Assembly (NCBI GenBank): GCA_030167865.1
Contig: JALAGF010001744.1
Location: forward strand, 1 to 37,304
Length of the DNA: 37,304 bases
Source: Craspedostauros australis
Taxonomy: Eukaryota
Direction of reading: 5' to 3'
A program made the position numbers and the translations under genes. The first letter of the stretch is position 1. Each line of letters starts with the position of its first letter. The notes below the pieces were generated by a model that had not been told where the DNA came from, searched no databases, and saw only the letters and a list, made by a program, of their open reading frames with translations. This document shows positions 21,249-33,043 of the stretch, in pieces.

Positions 21249-24200
21249 ATGACCACCTTCATCGCAGCAGCAGGCCGAGACAGACTCATTTCACCACCAC
21301 CAATGTCTCACCATCCCATCCAGAACACCGCAAACAGCGGCGGCAGGGAATCCGAACCGCCACAACATCAACATCAACTTCGGGATCATCGCCACCAACC
21401 ACAGCAACAGCAATTGGAACAGCATGCAAGGAAGAAGCCGCGAGAAGACCATCCGCAACCTCCTCATTCATCCACAACAAGCATTCCGCAGCAAGGCGAA
21501 GCATCCAACATTGAAGCCAACATTGAAGCCAACAGCACCGATGCCATTACGGCACTGACACCAAACCAACATCATCAAACAAAAACACCACAACCACCAC
21601 AAGTATTGCGAGAAGCATCGCCATCCATTCAACTCGAGCATCAAACACGGTTTGGGTCATCCTCTTCAGTGCACGTGACACCAAGACAAACATCAAGAAT
21701 ACCAAGCACGACCACGACGTCAACAGCAATCGCAACAGCAACAGCAATACATGTCACAGCATCTACCACAGCTATTTCCAACAGAAGCTCTCTTTGCTCA
21801 AACCTCACACCACAGAAAGAACAAGAACAAGTACCCCCGCAAGCAACGACACAAGTACCAATACAAACACCGACATCAACACCAACACAAGCCGATGACA
21901 CCATGATGATCACACAACGATCACGACCAACGACAACCGCGATGATGGCGAAGTCTGGTGCGACAGGGAAAGGCACGACACCAGAAACAGTACTGGCACA
22001 CCATGTCAACGCGATGATGGCAACCGGGACACGACTGAAGGCATCGTTTCTGACGGACGATAACAGACGATCCATCAGCTCCCACCAACAACAAAACGGG
22101 ACTTGCCGTGTTGCCGCCACGTCTGAAGAAGTTGGCAACGCCACCACGCCGACGCGCCACGATAGAACGAGTTCGAAGCAAATCGAGGACCACGTCGCCG
22201 TGGACACGTCTCGTGAACCAGACGAACAAAACATCAATGCAAGTGCGCAACATCAGAACATGCCAGCGCACAGGATGATGGATTCGGAGATTCAGGAACG
22301 ATGCACGCCAACATCTGCCAACGCAGCCAATCGTGTTGTTGTTGTTGGTGGTGGTGCTGCCGACAATCATGGACAACAGACACTCATGGGTGCTGAGTCA
22401 AGCGATGCCAACGCACTCAGCGTCGTCAACACGAGTGATGGGCGTCAACATCGGCAACAGCAGGAGCTCCAGCAGCAGGTACAGCAGAGTCAGAACATGC
22501 CAATACAACAACAACCTCTCCTGTCAAGCGCAATAACTGTGGTTGTAGCACCAGCGACGCTGCAGGTTGCTCGCACTCCAGAGACAAACTCTCATCCATC
22601 AACTGCCACTCGGCATTCTGCCAACACCGTCACGAATGGCAACAGAACAACAACGACAACGCAGAGCGCAGGTTTCAATCATTGTGAAGGATCAGAACTT
22701 TCACGTGGAGCTTCGCAAAGCATTTCAGGTGGAACCCAGCCTTCACTTCCACCTTGCACACAATCAACAGTCCAAGGTCCAGCTCCCATTGCTGCCAAAC
22801 GTGTCCAAGTGCCGAATGGACAACGCACAAGTGCAAACCAACAAGCCGCACTTCCTTCGTCTCATTCTTTGTCATCAGCAAGTCCAGGACAGAACTCATT
22901 GAAGACTCCTGTTGCTGAAGTACGCCCAAGTGCATCGCTCATGCCGCAACCGTCCCCTTCGGACGCAAACCCACCGAATCAGCAGGCAGCCAGTACCAGC
23001 AGTACAAGCACCACCAGCACAAGCACAAGCACAAGTACAAGCACTTCCAGTCCAACCGCGCAGATTGCAGCTGCATCGCCATCAGAATCGAACAAGCGCA
23101 CGCACGCTGCAGCATTCGCGTTGGAAACTTCATCGGCCAGCGCCACATCTTCAAGCAGTCCCAGAACGCCGACCGATTCTACGTCTCCCGATCGCAACTG
23201 CAAGACTGCCAGAATCGTGCCTTTCAACGGTGCATCTCAGACAACCCCGGAATCTGTCACGTCCTTCACACCAACGCAGAACACTCCCAGCATGTCCATT
23301 CTGTCCACCGTCACGGCGACAGCGACACCGTCGTCGGCATCGCCATCGCAAACGAAGAGTCCCCAAAAGCGCGGCAGGAAGAGGAAACAGCAACAAGGCA
23401 CGAACACGGGACGCTGGACTCCGCAAGAACACAGGGCGTTCCTCGAAGGCCTCCGCATTTGCGGTCGAGAATGGAAGCGCGTCGCAAGCCGCATCCCCAC
23501 GCGAACGTCCGCCCAAATTCGCTCGCATGCGCAAAAGTACTTTGCCAAGCTGCAGCGCGAGCATGAAGAATCAGCGTCGGCCGGTATGTTCCTCACTGCG
23601 TCGCATCTGGCCGATCCGCGGTTGATCGCTGTGCAGCCGAATGCAAACAACGCACCGTCCAACAGTCAAGCCGCATCCATTCCAAACGCACAACTGCCAG
23701 TCTCCGTGCAGCGCAACGTGCAGCGAATACTCGAGAATCCATCGGCGGTGCAGCAGGAAGTCGAGACAACGCTTCAGGCTCTGCGACGACGGTACCAGAA
23801 GCTGCAGCGGCGTCTCGAACGACAGCAACGCAAGCAACAAGCGCCGCGGCCGTCCACCAATTTTGACCGACAGAAACAGTTGCTGGAGACCCGCTCGTCC
23901 ACCAGTCCTCGTAGTCTTCCGCCCACGCCGACCGAAGCACAGGGCGAACTTCAGATCGTTGTGGAGGTCGAGACGTCCACCAATCCACCCGCAAGCAGCA
24001 ACGTGGCAGCCGCGCAACGCGCCGATACCGACGTCCGATCCATCCAATCCTCCGCGTCCTCGCGCGAGCTCGACAAGGAAGAACTGATTGCGCTGCACGT
24101 GCTGGGTGGCAATCTGCGCCGCGATCCCAACTTCCAGAGCACGGCCTCGCACACGTCCCACCTCTCGTCGCTTGCTTCTGTGCACGAGCCAGCGGCGGCA

Positions 24201-24302
24201 CCGCAACATCAACGCGACGCTGCGAGCGGCAGCAGCAGCAGCACCGGAAGTAGTCAAGAACATACAACGACCACCACAACCAACAGCCATGAACAAGAAT
24301 GA
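21249..24302 (+). CDS. Large 1R-Myb transcription factor, SHAQKYF class (1017 aa)
   Basis: NTGRWTPQEHRAFLEGLRICGREWKRVASRIPTRTSAQIRSHAQKYFAKL, preceded by NLS-like KRGRKRK and followed by a coiled coil. About 700 aa of S/T/Q-rich N-terminus; true start uncertain. Confidence 0.9.
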   Translation: MTTFIAAAGRDRLISPPPMSHHPIQNTANSGGRESEPPQHQHQLRDHRHQPQQQQLEQHARKKPREDHPQPPHSSTTSIPQQGEASNIEANIEANSTDAITALTPNQHHQTKTPQPPQVLREASPSIQLEHQTRFGSSSSVHVTPRQTSRIPSTTTTSTAIATATAIHVTASTTAISNRSSLCSNLTPQKEQEQVPPQATTQVPIQTPTSTPTQADDTMMITQRSRPTTTAMMAKSGATGKGTTPETVLAHHVNAMMATGTRLKASFLTDDNRRSISSHQQQNGTCRVAATSEEVGNATTPTRHDRTSSKQIEDHVAVDTSREPDEQNINASAQHQNMPAHRMMDSEIQERCTPTSANAANRVVVVGGGAADNHGQQTLMGAESSDANALSVVNTSDGRQHRQQQELQQQVQQSQNMPIQQQPLLSSAITVVVAPATLQVARTPETNSHPSTATRHSANTVTNGNRTTTTTQSAGFNHCEGSELSRGASQSISGGTQPSLPPCTQSTVQGPAPIAAKRVQVPNGQRTSANQQAALPSSHSLSSASPGQNSLKTPVAEVRPSASLMPQPSPSDANPPNQQAASTSSTSTTSTSTSTSTSTSSPTAQIAAASPSESNKRTHAAAFALETSSASATSSSSPRTPTDSTSPDRNCKTARIVPFNGASQTTPESVTSFTPTQNTPSMSILSTVTATATPSSASPSQTKSPQKRGRKRKQQQGTNTGRWTPQEHRAFLEGLRICGREWKRVASRIPTRTSAQIRSHAQKYFAKLQREHEESASAGMFLTASHLADPRLIAVQPNANNAPSNSQAASIPNAQLPVSVQRNVQRILENPSAVQQEVETTLQALRRRYQKLQRRLERQQRKQQAPRPSTNFDRQKQLLETRSSTSPRSLPPTPTEAQGELQIVVEVETSTNPPASSNVAAAQRADTDVRSIQSSASSRELDKEELIALHVLGGNLRRDPNFQSTASHTSHLSSLASVHEPAAAPQHQRDAASGSSSSTGSSQEHTTTTTTNSHEQE

Positions 24303-24842
24303 TCGAACGTCCACGACATGAACAAGGAAGCAAGCAAACAACGTCCACAACTCCATCAAGAGAGAATAGAGATACACACATACGGGAGATGCAAGCGCGC
24401 ACGCGCGCGAAGCACCATAGAGTCCCATGGTTGTGGATGTATGCAATGAAATGAATCAATGAATGAGCAAAATATGAACAGCTCTGTACGAACAGAGAGT
24501 ACTGCGAGTACTCTACTATACCGAATGCCGAACAATACTATGCAATAAGTAAGATAAGATGATACTACTAGTGTAGCTGTAAATCAGATCACACCATCGA
24601 CGTGATACCGTCGAGAGGAGGGAAAGGAAGGCATGCAATGGCAAGCGTCGGCGAGCGAAAATAGGCATGGTGTTGCTGCACGTAATGCTCATAGCTTGTA
24701 GAGTATGTACTGCTTAGCATGACGCATCGACATCGCCTCGTTGCCGAAGGGTGTTTGAGAATATCACTCTCTCTGTCTCTAGCTTCAATTTGTACCATGC
24801 TCCTCAGAGTGTTCTCAACAGAAGCATTCGGACGAATCGATA

Positions 24843-24890
24843 GCTTCATGCAAGGTTTCATGCATGGCTTCATGCATGATTTCATGCATT
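24843..24890. repeat. 12-bp tandem repeat x4 (core TTCATGCA)
   Basis: gcttcatgcaag gtttcatgcatg gcttcatgcatg atttcatgcatt. Confidence 0.85.
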
Positions 24891-25442
24891 GTTCGAATGA
24901 TGCATAGACTCGTTCGACTCAAGAGCAATCGGGGTCAGAAATGTTGATCAGAAACAAAACAGCGAGTTGGTTTGCCCACAAAATCAACACGGACCAAAAA
25001 GCGATTCAGTTCGAACGACGAGGATGCTGGTTCCATCAATGCACTTCATCACCAACACAAAGGGTCTTGCAGTGCCTTGATGGATCCAGCAGTGGCGACG
25101 GCGACGATAGCGGCAACGACAGCGGCAGCAACGACGACGACCGACATTGGAACCGAGGCGTGTGTGCTTGGTTGCTTGCGGCGTTGTGCGATTTGAAGCA
25201 ACCGCAAAGAGATCGAAGCGAGGCTCCTTTTTTGGAACAAATTCTGCGGAGCATCGACACAACGCGAAACTACGCGATACAACGCGATACAACGACAACT
25301 ACGAGGAATTACGCGAAGCAAAGTCACACAACTACCACAACCACGATACACTGGTCCACGAGCATCGGTGACAACTACCACAACTACCACATCCACCAGC
25401 AGCAACAACGACAACTACGAGCAACAGTATTACCATACAACC

Positions 25443-26933
25443 ATGGCGCCACAACGCGAACAACCACACGGCGACAAAGACGCTTCAAATGACAACGACG
25501 ACTACGACAACAACGATGGCGAAAATCATCGCCGCCACCACGAGAACACTGTGCGAGAAATTCTGCATGATCCACTACTACTAACAACCAGGGATCTGAG
25601 TGGAGAAAGCAACGGAGTAGCCAACGTCGATGTCAACGCCAACACCACCAACGAAGCGTTTCGCACTCACGCCGCAACGACCACGAGCACTACCAATGGC
25701 GATGGTGACAGCGATGCTACCAGCACCGACCAATTGCCCACATATATCCACATGTCGCTGATTGTGTTTCTGATAGGCGGAATCATTTACTTGGTGTTGG
25801 CTGTTTGGGACTTGGCGTCGCCGCTGGATGAGGATGACGCTGCGGCGACCAATGCGACAATCAGCGGCAGCCACCGCGCCATCCCGCCCATTGACGATTG
25901 GGATTGGTACACCATCCTCACCGTGGTGGCGCCGCTCATGTATGTTCTCAACTTCGTTCTGGATATCTACGAGATTCAGACGAATCCGGACGGCACCGTC
26001 AACACGCCCTACCCAACAGGCCAGAACATAATGATTCCAATCGGCCTGTTCGGCGTCGCCTCCGCTACGGATTTGCTCGGTTCCATTCTGTATTTGTGTT
26101 ACGGTACGGACGAGGACAAGGACGGCGACGGGGGCAGTGGCGGCCTTGACGCGGCCATCGCAAATGCAACGGCGGGCCTTGATGCGGCCATCGCAAATGC
26201 AACGGCGGCTTCGGAGTGGATGCAGAATCACACGCTCCTGGAGGCCGACGGCGTCACAGAAGACGCATCGTCGACATCGGGCTTCATTGCTTTCGCCAAA
26301 TACCTCGTCGACCATGATATACTGTCAACCGTGGCGGTGCACTTTTACCTGATCCAGGCGATAGCCGCGCTGTGGCCCGGCGACGGCAAGGAACGAGACG
26401 CAGGGTACTCACCCGCCAACAATTCCGAACCGGACGAGCATTCCGGGACAGCAGCAGCAGTAGCGGCGTCGCCTGAATCCTTCGTGGATGAACCGCAGAA
26501 TGACGACAACGACGACGCAACGAGCGCAGCGTCCTCCGGAGGTGATCGGGACAATTCGCTGTATAGGGCAGGCGACGCGTTGTTCTTCATCGGGTGCATC
26601 ATCGATGTCATCATCAGTTACCTTGACGTGGACGGTATGGAGACGAAGCACCAGCGCATGATGCAGGTGTGGGCGTTGGTGTCGGCCGTGCTGTGGTTCC
26701 TGGACGCCGTCTGTTACATCCTGGCGGGCATCATGGAGTATGACAAGGCGGTAGCTGAACTGCTGCTTGATGACTTCGTGAGCAACGATGATGCTGAGGC
26801 GGCAGACGAGAAGCATGTGGCGGCTTCAGCAACCACGAGTACAGCAACTGCAACGGCATTGGAAGGACGGGATCCGCTGGTAGCGTATGGGCAAGAGGAG
26901 CACGAAGAAGAGGAGACCCGCATCGTTGTGTAG
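25443..26933 (+). CDS. Uncharacterised 6-TM membrane protein built from three helical hairpins
   Basis: ATG at 25443. Six hydrophobic segments separated by acidic loops with several N-x-S/T sequons. Confidence 0.8.
   Translation: MAPQREQPHGDKDASNDNDDYDNNDGENHRRHHENTVREILHDPLLLTTRDLSGESNGVANVDVNANTTNEAFRTHAATTTSTTNGDGDSDATSTDQLPTYIHMSLIVFLIGGIIYLVLAVWDLASPLDEDDAAATNATISGSHRAIPPIDDWDWYTILTVVAPLMYVLNFVLDIYEIQTNPDGTVNTPYPTGQNIMIPIGLFGVASATDLLGSILYLCYGTDEDKDGDGGSGGLDAAIANATAGLDAAIANATAASEWMQNHTLLEADGVTEDASSTSGFIAFAKYLVDHDILSTVAVHFYLIQAIAALWPGDGKERDAGYSPANNSEPDEHSGTAAAVAASPESFVDEPQNDDNDDATSAASSGGDRDNSLYRAGDALFFIGCIIDVIISYLDVDGMETKHQRMMQVWALVSAVLWFLDAVCYILAGIMEYDKAVAELLLDDFVSNDDAEAADEKHVAASATTSTATATALEGRDPLVAYGQEEHEEEETRIVV
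26142..26207 (+). repeat. In-frame 33-bp tandem duplication (GLDAAIANATA x2)
   Basis: Two copies differing only at GAC/GAT. Confidence 0.95.
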
Positions 26934-28623
26934 AGGGGACGGGTTGCTCTCCTCCTTCCATGCATCTCATTACCACTGCTCTGGTGGCGCTGGGATCTGG
27001 CGGGAACGAGATGGTGCTGGGGAGTGCCGTGTTCCCTGGGACCAAACGCGGTTGCAGACCCACACGGATCGATCGATGGATTGATGAGCTGGACCGACAT
27101 TTTACTCTGGTTGCGATGCAACTGGCGGCTGCGATGGCGGTAACATTTCCAACGAGTAGAGCAACAGGAACACCAGGATATCGCTCCTGATGCGCTGGCA
27201 ATGGAGGAACATGCGTTGCCCTGGGGCAATCACGCGGCTTCAGGGTGCAAGAGACGGTTCTGCGAAATGACCCGTCATTGTTCTGCGCATGAGCATCATT
27301 CTCTTCTTCCATCATGCACGCGTTAAGAACACAGCGTTGAACTGTGCCAATCCATGTCCCCCCGTTCTTTCGGCCAATACCGAAATGACCACACTCACGC
27401 TGCATGGTCTCGTTTTCACAAGTTCTCACAGAGACATAACCTGTGCGTGCATCAAACACCCAAGCCACCCACACGACCCCTTCACAAAAGAAGGTGATCA
27501 CTGTTCTCAATTGCCCAAATCGTGTGGACATTGGTCAATTGGGACCTCGGAAATTCCGTGATACGCCGGGATTGTCTTGTTGCGCTTTGGCTCACGCGTC
27601 TTACGACACGGCGTGGTTGTGCCGTGACCTCCACAAACCGCCTTAGGATGTCGGAGGCTGGTTGTCCTTGTACTCGGACTGTTGAAGGCGTTTTTGTCAT
27701 CGTTGTCTTCAATAACACTGTTGTATCAGGAACGTGTTGTGCGAAACGTGCGTGTCTCAATTCGGTTTCGGGCAGCGGCCCTTCTCACAACGGGTCATCA
27801 GTATTCTTCGGTATGCGCTGGAGGGGATAATTCGAAAAGTGTCGCATAGCCTGTGCTGGTGTTCGCTGCGGTTTGGCGAAACCAATTCGTGGCGAATAGC
27901 GTCGGTGGAAGGTTTGGCTCTCATATTCTCTTGTGGAGACCATAAGCATGTGCCAGGCATGAGTGTTGGTCCTTCGTTAAGCAAAAGGTAGGCTTTGGGT
28001 TCCACCGTTTGTCATCCTATCAATTCCACCTTGGCGTGTTAAGTCAAGCCTTCGCCCGGATAAATGGGGTGGTGGGTTCGGCCAAACGGATACTGAACCA
28101 AACGCGGATCACGAACCCGTTTCTGTACCGTTGTGCCACAGGCGTGAACCTCGCAAGAGAACAGCCGCAAATAGCGAGGCGGGGTTGGGGGCTCTTTCTC
28201 TTTGTGGACGACTGACTGGTTTGATTTTGTGTGTTTGTGTCCCCTGCTCTCCTGTGGATCCAGAGATTCGTGTCCCTCAGTCTCTCTCTTGCTCCGCTTC
28301 TTCTCACAAAACTCACAAACATCAACTCCAGAGACTCTCATCACACAATCACCAACCACCAACCACCACCATCAACAACAGCAGTAGCAGTAGCAGTAGC
28401 AGCAGCAGTAGTAGCAGCAGCACCATCGGCATCATCATTGGCAACAGCAAGCAGCGATCATCGGGAAACACTTACCATCGTTATCACAATCGAAAACAGC
28501 CATCACAACGACAGCATCATCATCACCATCATCACAGGAATAACATCCGTGAAGACCCATCACATCACAAGGCAACGCAACACAAATACAAACGAGTGCA
28601 ACAACCAACGCACCAACGAAAAC

Positions 28624-30201
28624 ATGATGCAGTCAACCACACCAAGGATGCTGTCGCAGAACTTCACGCCCACCAGAGCGGATGTGTTGTGCGGCCGCGA
28701 TCAGGAGAGCTACATGCACGGTGAGTTTGAGACTTGAGCAACGCTCGCTTGCAAACATCGCAAAATACGGCACCGTAATCGCACCCCATGTCAGCGTTTG
28801 CGCGTGTTGGGAAACTGCGCGTCGTCATCACCAATGCCATCATCACGATCTCTCTTGTGCTCACATTTTCATCTGCTTCCTTTCTCATCACGAAAAAACC
28901 GCGTCCTCGTTACCATTGTCACCGTTGCCACCACAACAACAAACAATAACGAAAACAACGCCATCAACATTATCGACAACCGCAATGATAACAAACAAAT
29001 AACAGAGGGAAACAGGATCCTCCGCAAGATCATCAAGGAGAGCATCCCAAGTTACGTCGCCGCCAAGAGCAAGGTGTCTAAGAGCCACATCGTCGCTTCC
29101 ATCGTCCGACAGATCCGCAACGTCAACCCCAACGGCGGCTTCGTTCGCAAGGATTTGGAGAGCCGACGGTGGATCGAGATCGGCGAGACGAAAGCCAAGG
29201 AGAAGGTCGGACAAGCCATCCGCATTGAGATTCGCAGATCGAAGACCAACTCTAAAAAAGCATTCATGAAGAGCTCCAAAACAACGACGGCGACTACAAC
29301 ACCACCAACAACGGCCAGCATCACATCAAAGAACAGCAGCACAATGAGCCAAACATCCAGCCCCTCTGTCTCGTCGGCAAACAGCATCGTCAAGCCGACC
29401 GACTTCGAATCGCAAACACCCATCCAGTCTGCCATGGCTTCTCTCCCCATCGACCCCGGTTTTGCCATGCCGACCAGGCATCAATCCACGAGGAGCATGT
29501 CAGCGCCTACGATCACATCTCTGTCCCAATTCCTCGGAGACGACAGCCTCCTCCTCCAGCCGGACCCAATCGATGGTCCTCTCACCAGAGTCGGAAGCAT
29601 GTACATGCCCCAGCAGGCCAAGAGGAACAGCGCGCCGGACCTGAGCATGAGCATGAGCATGAACGCCGTCAGCGGCAGTCGCAGCAACAGCACCACCACA
29701 CCGGCCCCGCTCTTCGATCAGGACTGCCAAACCTTCGCCAACGACATCTTCACGGACACGACAGCACCCATGAAGACACCGTCGTTCCATCCCATCGATT
29801 CGATCTTCCAGTCGCTGGAATCGTTCAACAACGGCTCCTCCGTGGAAGCATCGCGATCATTCGAGATGTTCGAAGCAGGAGCAGTTGGATCGTCCATGGA
29901 CGATGCGCTGGGAAACAGCAACATCAGCAACAACAACGGCGCCGCCAGCACCCCGCACCGCATCGCTCCCATCGACACAATGGCGTGCATGAACACCAGC
30001 GTGCGCGCCCAGTGCCAGAACCAGCGGCAGACAATGCAGGCAGCCTCGTCGCAGCAGCCACGATCGCAGCAGCGACAATCGCAGAACCAACCGATGAATG
30101 CCGCCGAAAGGTTGGCGGACAACTGCAACGTCCTGTCCTGGCAGATGAACTTCACGCCTATGCCGCTCATCGGAGACATTGGCGACTTCGACGATCTCTA
30201 G
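28624..30201 (+). CDS. DUF6824-domain protein, 2 exons (28624-28720, 29006-30201)
   Basis: Exon 1 DVLCGRDQESYMH, G|GTGAGT donor, CAG acceptor at 29005. The join gives HEGNRILRKII..Y..A..K..KS.IV..IVRQIR..GGFVRKD..WIEIG..AKEKVGQAIR, the motif set of this diatom-expanded family. Confidence 0.88.
28721..29005 (+). other. GT-AG spliceosomal intron (285 bp, phase 1)
   Basis: GTGAGT...AACAG; the splice restores the HxGN motif in frame. Confidence 0.85.
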
Positions 30202-32161
30202 AGAGTAACGGAGAGCATCGTGCCAGCATCCACCACCACAGGAGGAAGCAGCGAGGCCCAAACTCAACAGTGCACAGGACCGTCGGCACTGACACGCAGA
30301 AGAACGACGAACACACAATTTTTGAACAAACCCAACAGCAACACGCAAAGGTCAGTTGCATTTAAGCAACGACGACGACGATGGCGGCGACGGTGCGCGC
30401 TGGAAGGAGAGGAGACAAACGGACACGGCTCCGCTCATGGTCTCCTCGCCACTCAGGCAAGCAATCGACGAATCGGCCAGTCGATCACCAAGCAATGACA
30501 CGGCCAGCAACAGTTACTTTCCAATACATTTTACAATTAAACAAAAGAAAACAACAATTGAACGAAGCAAGATGCCACTGGCGATTAGGACGGAAGGTCC
30601 CCAAGTTGAGCCCAGGTATATTCGAGAAGTCGTAGAGATGCAGTGCTCATATCCAACTGATGATGCCAAGATGCGTCTCTCTCTCTAGAGAGAGAAAGTC
30701 CTACTATCGCATCATAGCCATGCAATACCGTAATACCAGTTCACCCAACTCAACCTCAGCTGGTACTGGAGTACCAAAGAGCCACCAGCTTCCGTGCTGT
30801 CGCGTAGGTCGTAGCTCGTACGATCTTTGCGTACGCATCGCCATACCAGCGTCAAGGCTGCTGGTCACTTCGAATCGGCGCATCGAGGTTCAGATACGCA
30901 TCATGGTAAACACCAGTAAACACCACGAAACACCGGTGGAGAGTACAGCCCGAGCAGCTCTGCTCACACCGTCCACGATCACACCACCCAATGCATCATT
31001 CTTGCGGCGTTAGGCCAAACTCCAACAGCAGAGACGGCGTTTCGCCCACCTGGCTCCGCGAAATCGAAAAACGGGACTTGGTTTGGCCTTCCAGGATTGG
31101 GATCGGAGGAACCTAACAAGTCGCTTCTTTTTGTCCGGTGGTTTGGTTTGTGGATCGTTTGCGTCCGTCATTCGTTCCATCGGTCGTGCGAAATTCGGCG
31201 CTCTTCTCGACATCGTCGATTGACCCATTCGATTGCATTGTCTGATCTCGATTTGCTCACGACTTCGCCATCAAGCGGCCACGAAGATCGTGAGCAAATC
31301 GAAACAACCACTCGAAAATGGCGGGGGCGCATGTGTGTCGTAGTATCAGTAGCAATTCGGTTCGGCTGTCGCATTCCTGCTCTCTCGTACTATTACGACC
31401 AATGAATGGTACCATACTCTCACATTCCCACCGACACCATCGTCCCAGGCAATCGCATACGACTACCACACATACGTCTCATACACGTGCATACATTTGT
31501 TGGTTGATTTGATTGAATGGAATGGAGATGGCAGAGATGCCTTGTTAGTTTTCCAGCGATAGCTTCTCTTAGAATGTAGGTATGGATCCCACCGACACTG
31601 ACAATGGCCAAAGATGCGTTGACGATACGTTGGCAATGTGATGAAGCAGGTCCCCCTCCTAGCTCATGATGAGCATCTCCATTGCTGCAGCACAGTTTCA
31701 AATACTTGGCAATATCGCCATTATTATAATACGATTGTGTTGTTATTAACTTGTTGATTACAGAGGACGGTTATTCATCATTCCAATTGCGTGTGCTCCG
31801 CGGCGGTTCATCTATTAGCACAACAGAGAAGAAAGTGCACGATCACTCATCTACGCTGTGTCCTTGTCGACGAGATCACGTCTTCAACACACGCGCATGC
31901 ACGCACGCATGTATGCATCCATCTCTACGTCCTTTCACGTCCACTCTCGTGCTCACGTTCGCAAGGACATGATGGTGCAGACCAGCAGCGCCAGCAACAG
32001 TGGCAGCAACGTTCACCGACATCTTCACATTCACATAGTATTATCGTACAATCACACTGTCGGTCGACCCGCTGATTGGTCTGCTCCACGAATCCAAATC
32101 GGTCATTTGTTGGGACAGCAACCTCTCTCTCTCTCTCGCTCTTTCTCTGCTCGCAGAGAGT

Positions 32162-32974
32162 CTATCGCTTTCTGAGCAACGGAAGACCTTGGATCTTGGC
32201 CATAATATCCTGCGTGTCGGGATGGTCGCTTCCCAAGGTGACTGCGTATATCGCCAAGGCGTTTCCGTACTCCACGGAGGCCTTCTTGCGATCACCCTGA
32301 CGGGCCAAGCAGGCTCCGATCTTGGCGTAGATATCTCCGGTGTCGGGATGATGCTTGGCGTCCGGTATTTCCTCCACCACCAAGGCGCTTCGGTACCCCG
32401 CGATGGCCTTGTCAAAGTCCCCTTCCTCGGCCAGGGTGTCGGCCTTGCGCTTGTGCTCCATGCTGTTGAGCAGCGCCGACTTGTACTGCGCCGTCTCCGT
32501 GTCGCTCATCCCTTGCGATTTGAGGACGTCCTCGATGCAGCTGATGACGTCCTTCGTGTGATTGTGATCCCTGCCCAGCAGTGTGACGAGGATGCGCAAC
32601 GCGCTGCGGTACTGCCCGGCGGCCTCATCGAACTCCTTCTGCGCTCTGAGCGCGTGTCCCACGAAGCAGTACGTCTTTCCCGTGTCGCGATGGTCCTTGC
32701 CCAGGATGTGCTCGCGGATCTTGAGGCACTTGCGGAACTCCGTGAGGGCGGCCTCGTCGTCGTTGACCTTGTAGAGGAGGTCGAAACCGCGCGAGAATTG
32801 CACCTCCGCGACGAGCAGCTCGACCTGATCGACGGCGACCTCCTTGCCGCAGCGTGCCCAGAGCTCCTTGAAGAGACCTTCGGCGATGAAGCCGATCTGT
32901 TCCTTCGTCACCTCCTTCAGCACGTTCTTCGTCCAGTGCTCTTCCGGGCCGCCGGGTTCTGCTTTCTTCGACAT
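32162..32974 (-). CDS. Tetratricopeptide-repeat protein (kinesin-light-chain-type TPRs)
   Basis: ATG at 32974 (MSKKAEPGG). Repeats CLKIREHILGKDHRDTGKTY, ALRILVTLLGRDHNHT, KHHPDTGDIYAKIG and ALAIYAVTLGSDHPDT. Confidence 0.9.
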   Translation of the reverse strand: MSKKAEPGGPEEHWTKNVLKEVTKEQIGFIAEGLFKELWARCGKEVAVDQVELLVAEVQFSRGFDLLYKVNDDEAALTEFRKCLKIREHILGKDHRDTGKTYCFVGHALRAQKEFDEAAGQYRSALRILVTLLGRDHNHTKDVISCIEDVLKSQGMSDTETAQYKSALLNSMEHKRKADTLAEEGDFDKAIAGYRSALVVEEIPDAKHHPDTGDIYAKIGACLARQGDRKKASVEYGNALAIYAVTLGSDHPDTQDIMAKIQGLPLLRKR

Positions 32975-32984
32975 GTTGATTGGT

Positions 32985-33043
32985 ATGTTTGGTTTGTTTG
33001 TTTGGTTGTTTGGTTGGTTTGTTTGGTTTGTTTGGTTTGTTGT
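32985..33043. repeat. Degenerate (TTTG/TTGG) simple repeat in the TPR gene 5' region
   Basis: Read directly; encodes the TNQ/PN repeats of the ORF-track extension. Confidence 0.8.

Noticed and set aside
25255-25440. Degenerate ACGCGATAC/ACAACTAC repeats that could look like a CRISPR or structured array
   Set aside because: Irregular low-complexity 5' sequence with no constant repeat-spacer period, in a eukaryotic context.
26940-28600. Short ORFs between the 6-TM and DUF6824 genes (similarly 30220-32100)
   Set aside because: No motifs or coding signal; treated as intergenic/UTR. No tRNA or snRNA pattern was recognised by eye.
28798-29005. ORF-track N-terminus MRVLGNC... of the 467-aa ORF
   Set aside because: Read-through into the intron; the conserved DVLCGR exon lies upstream.
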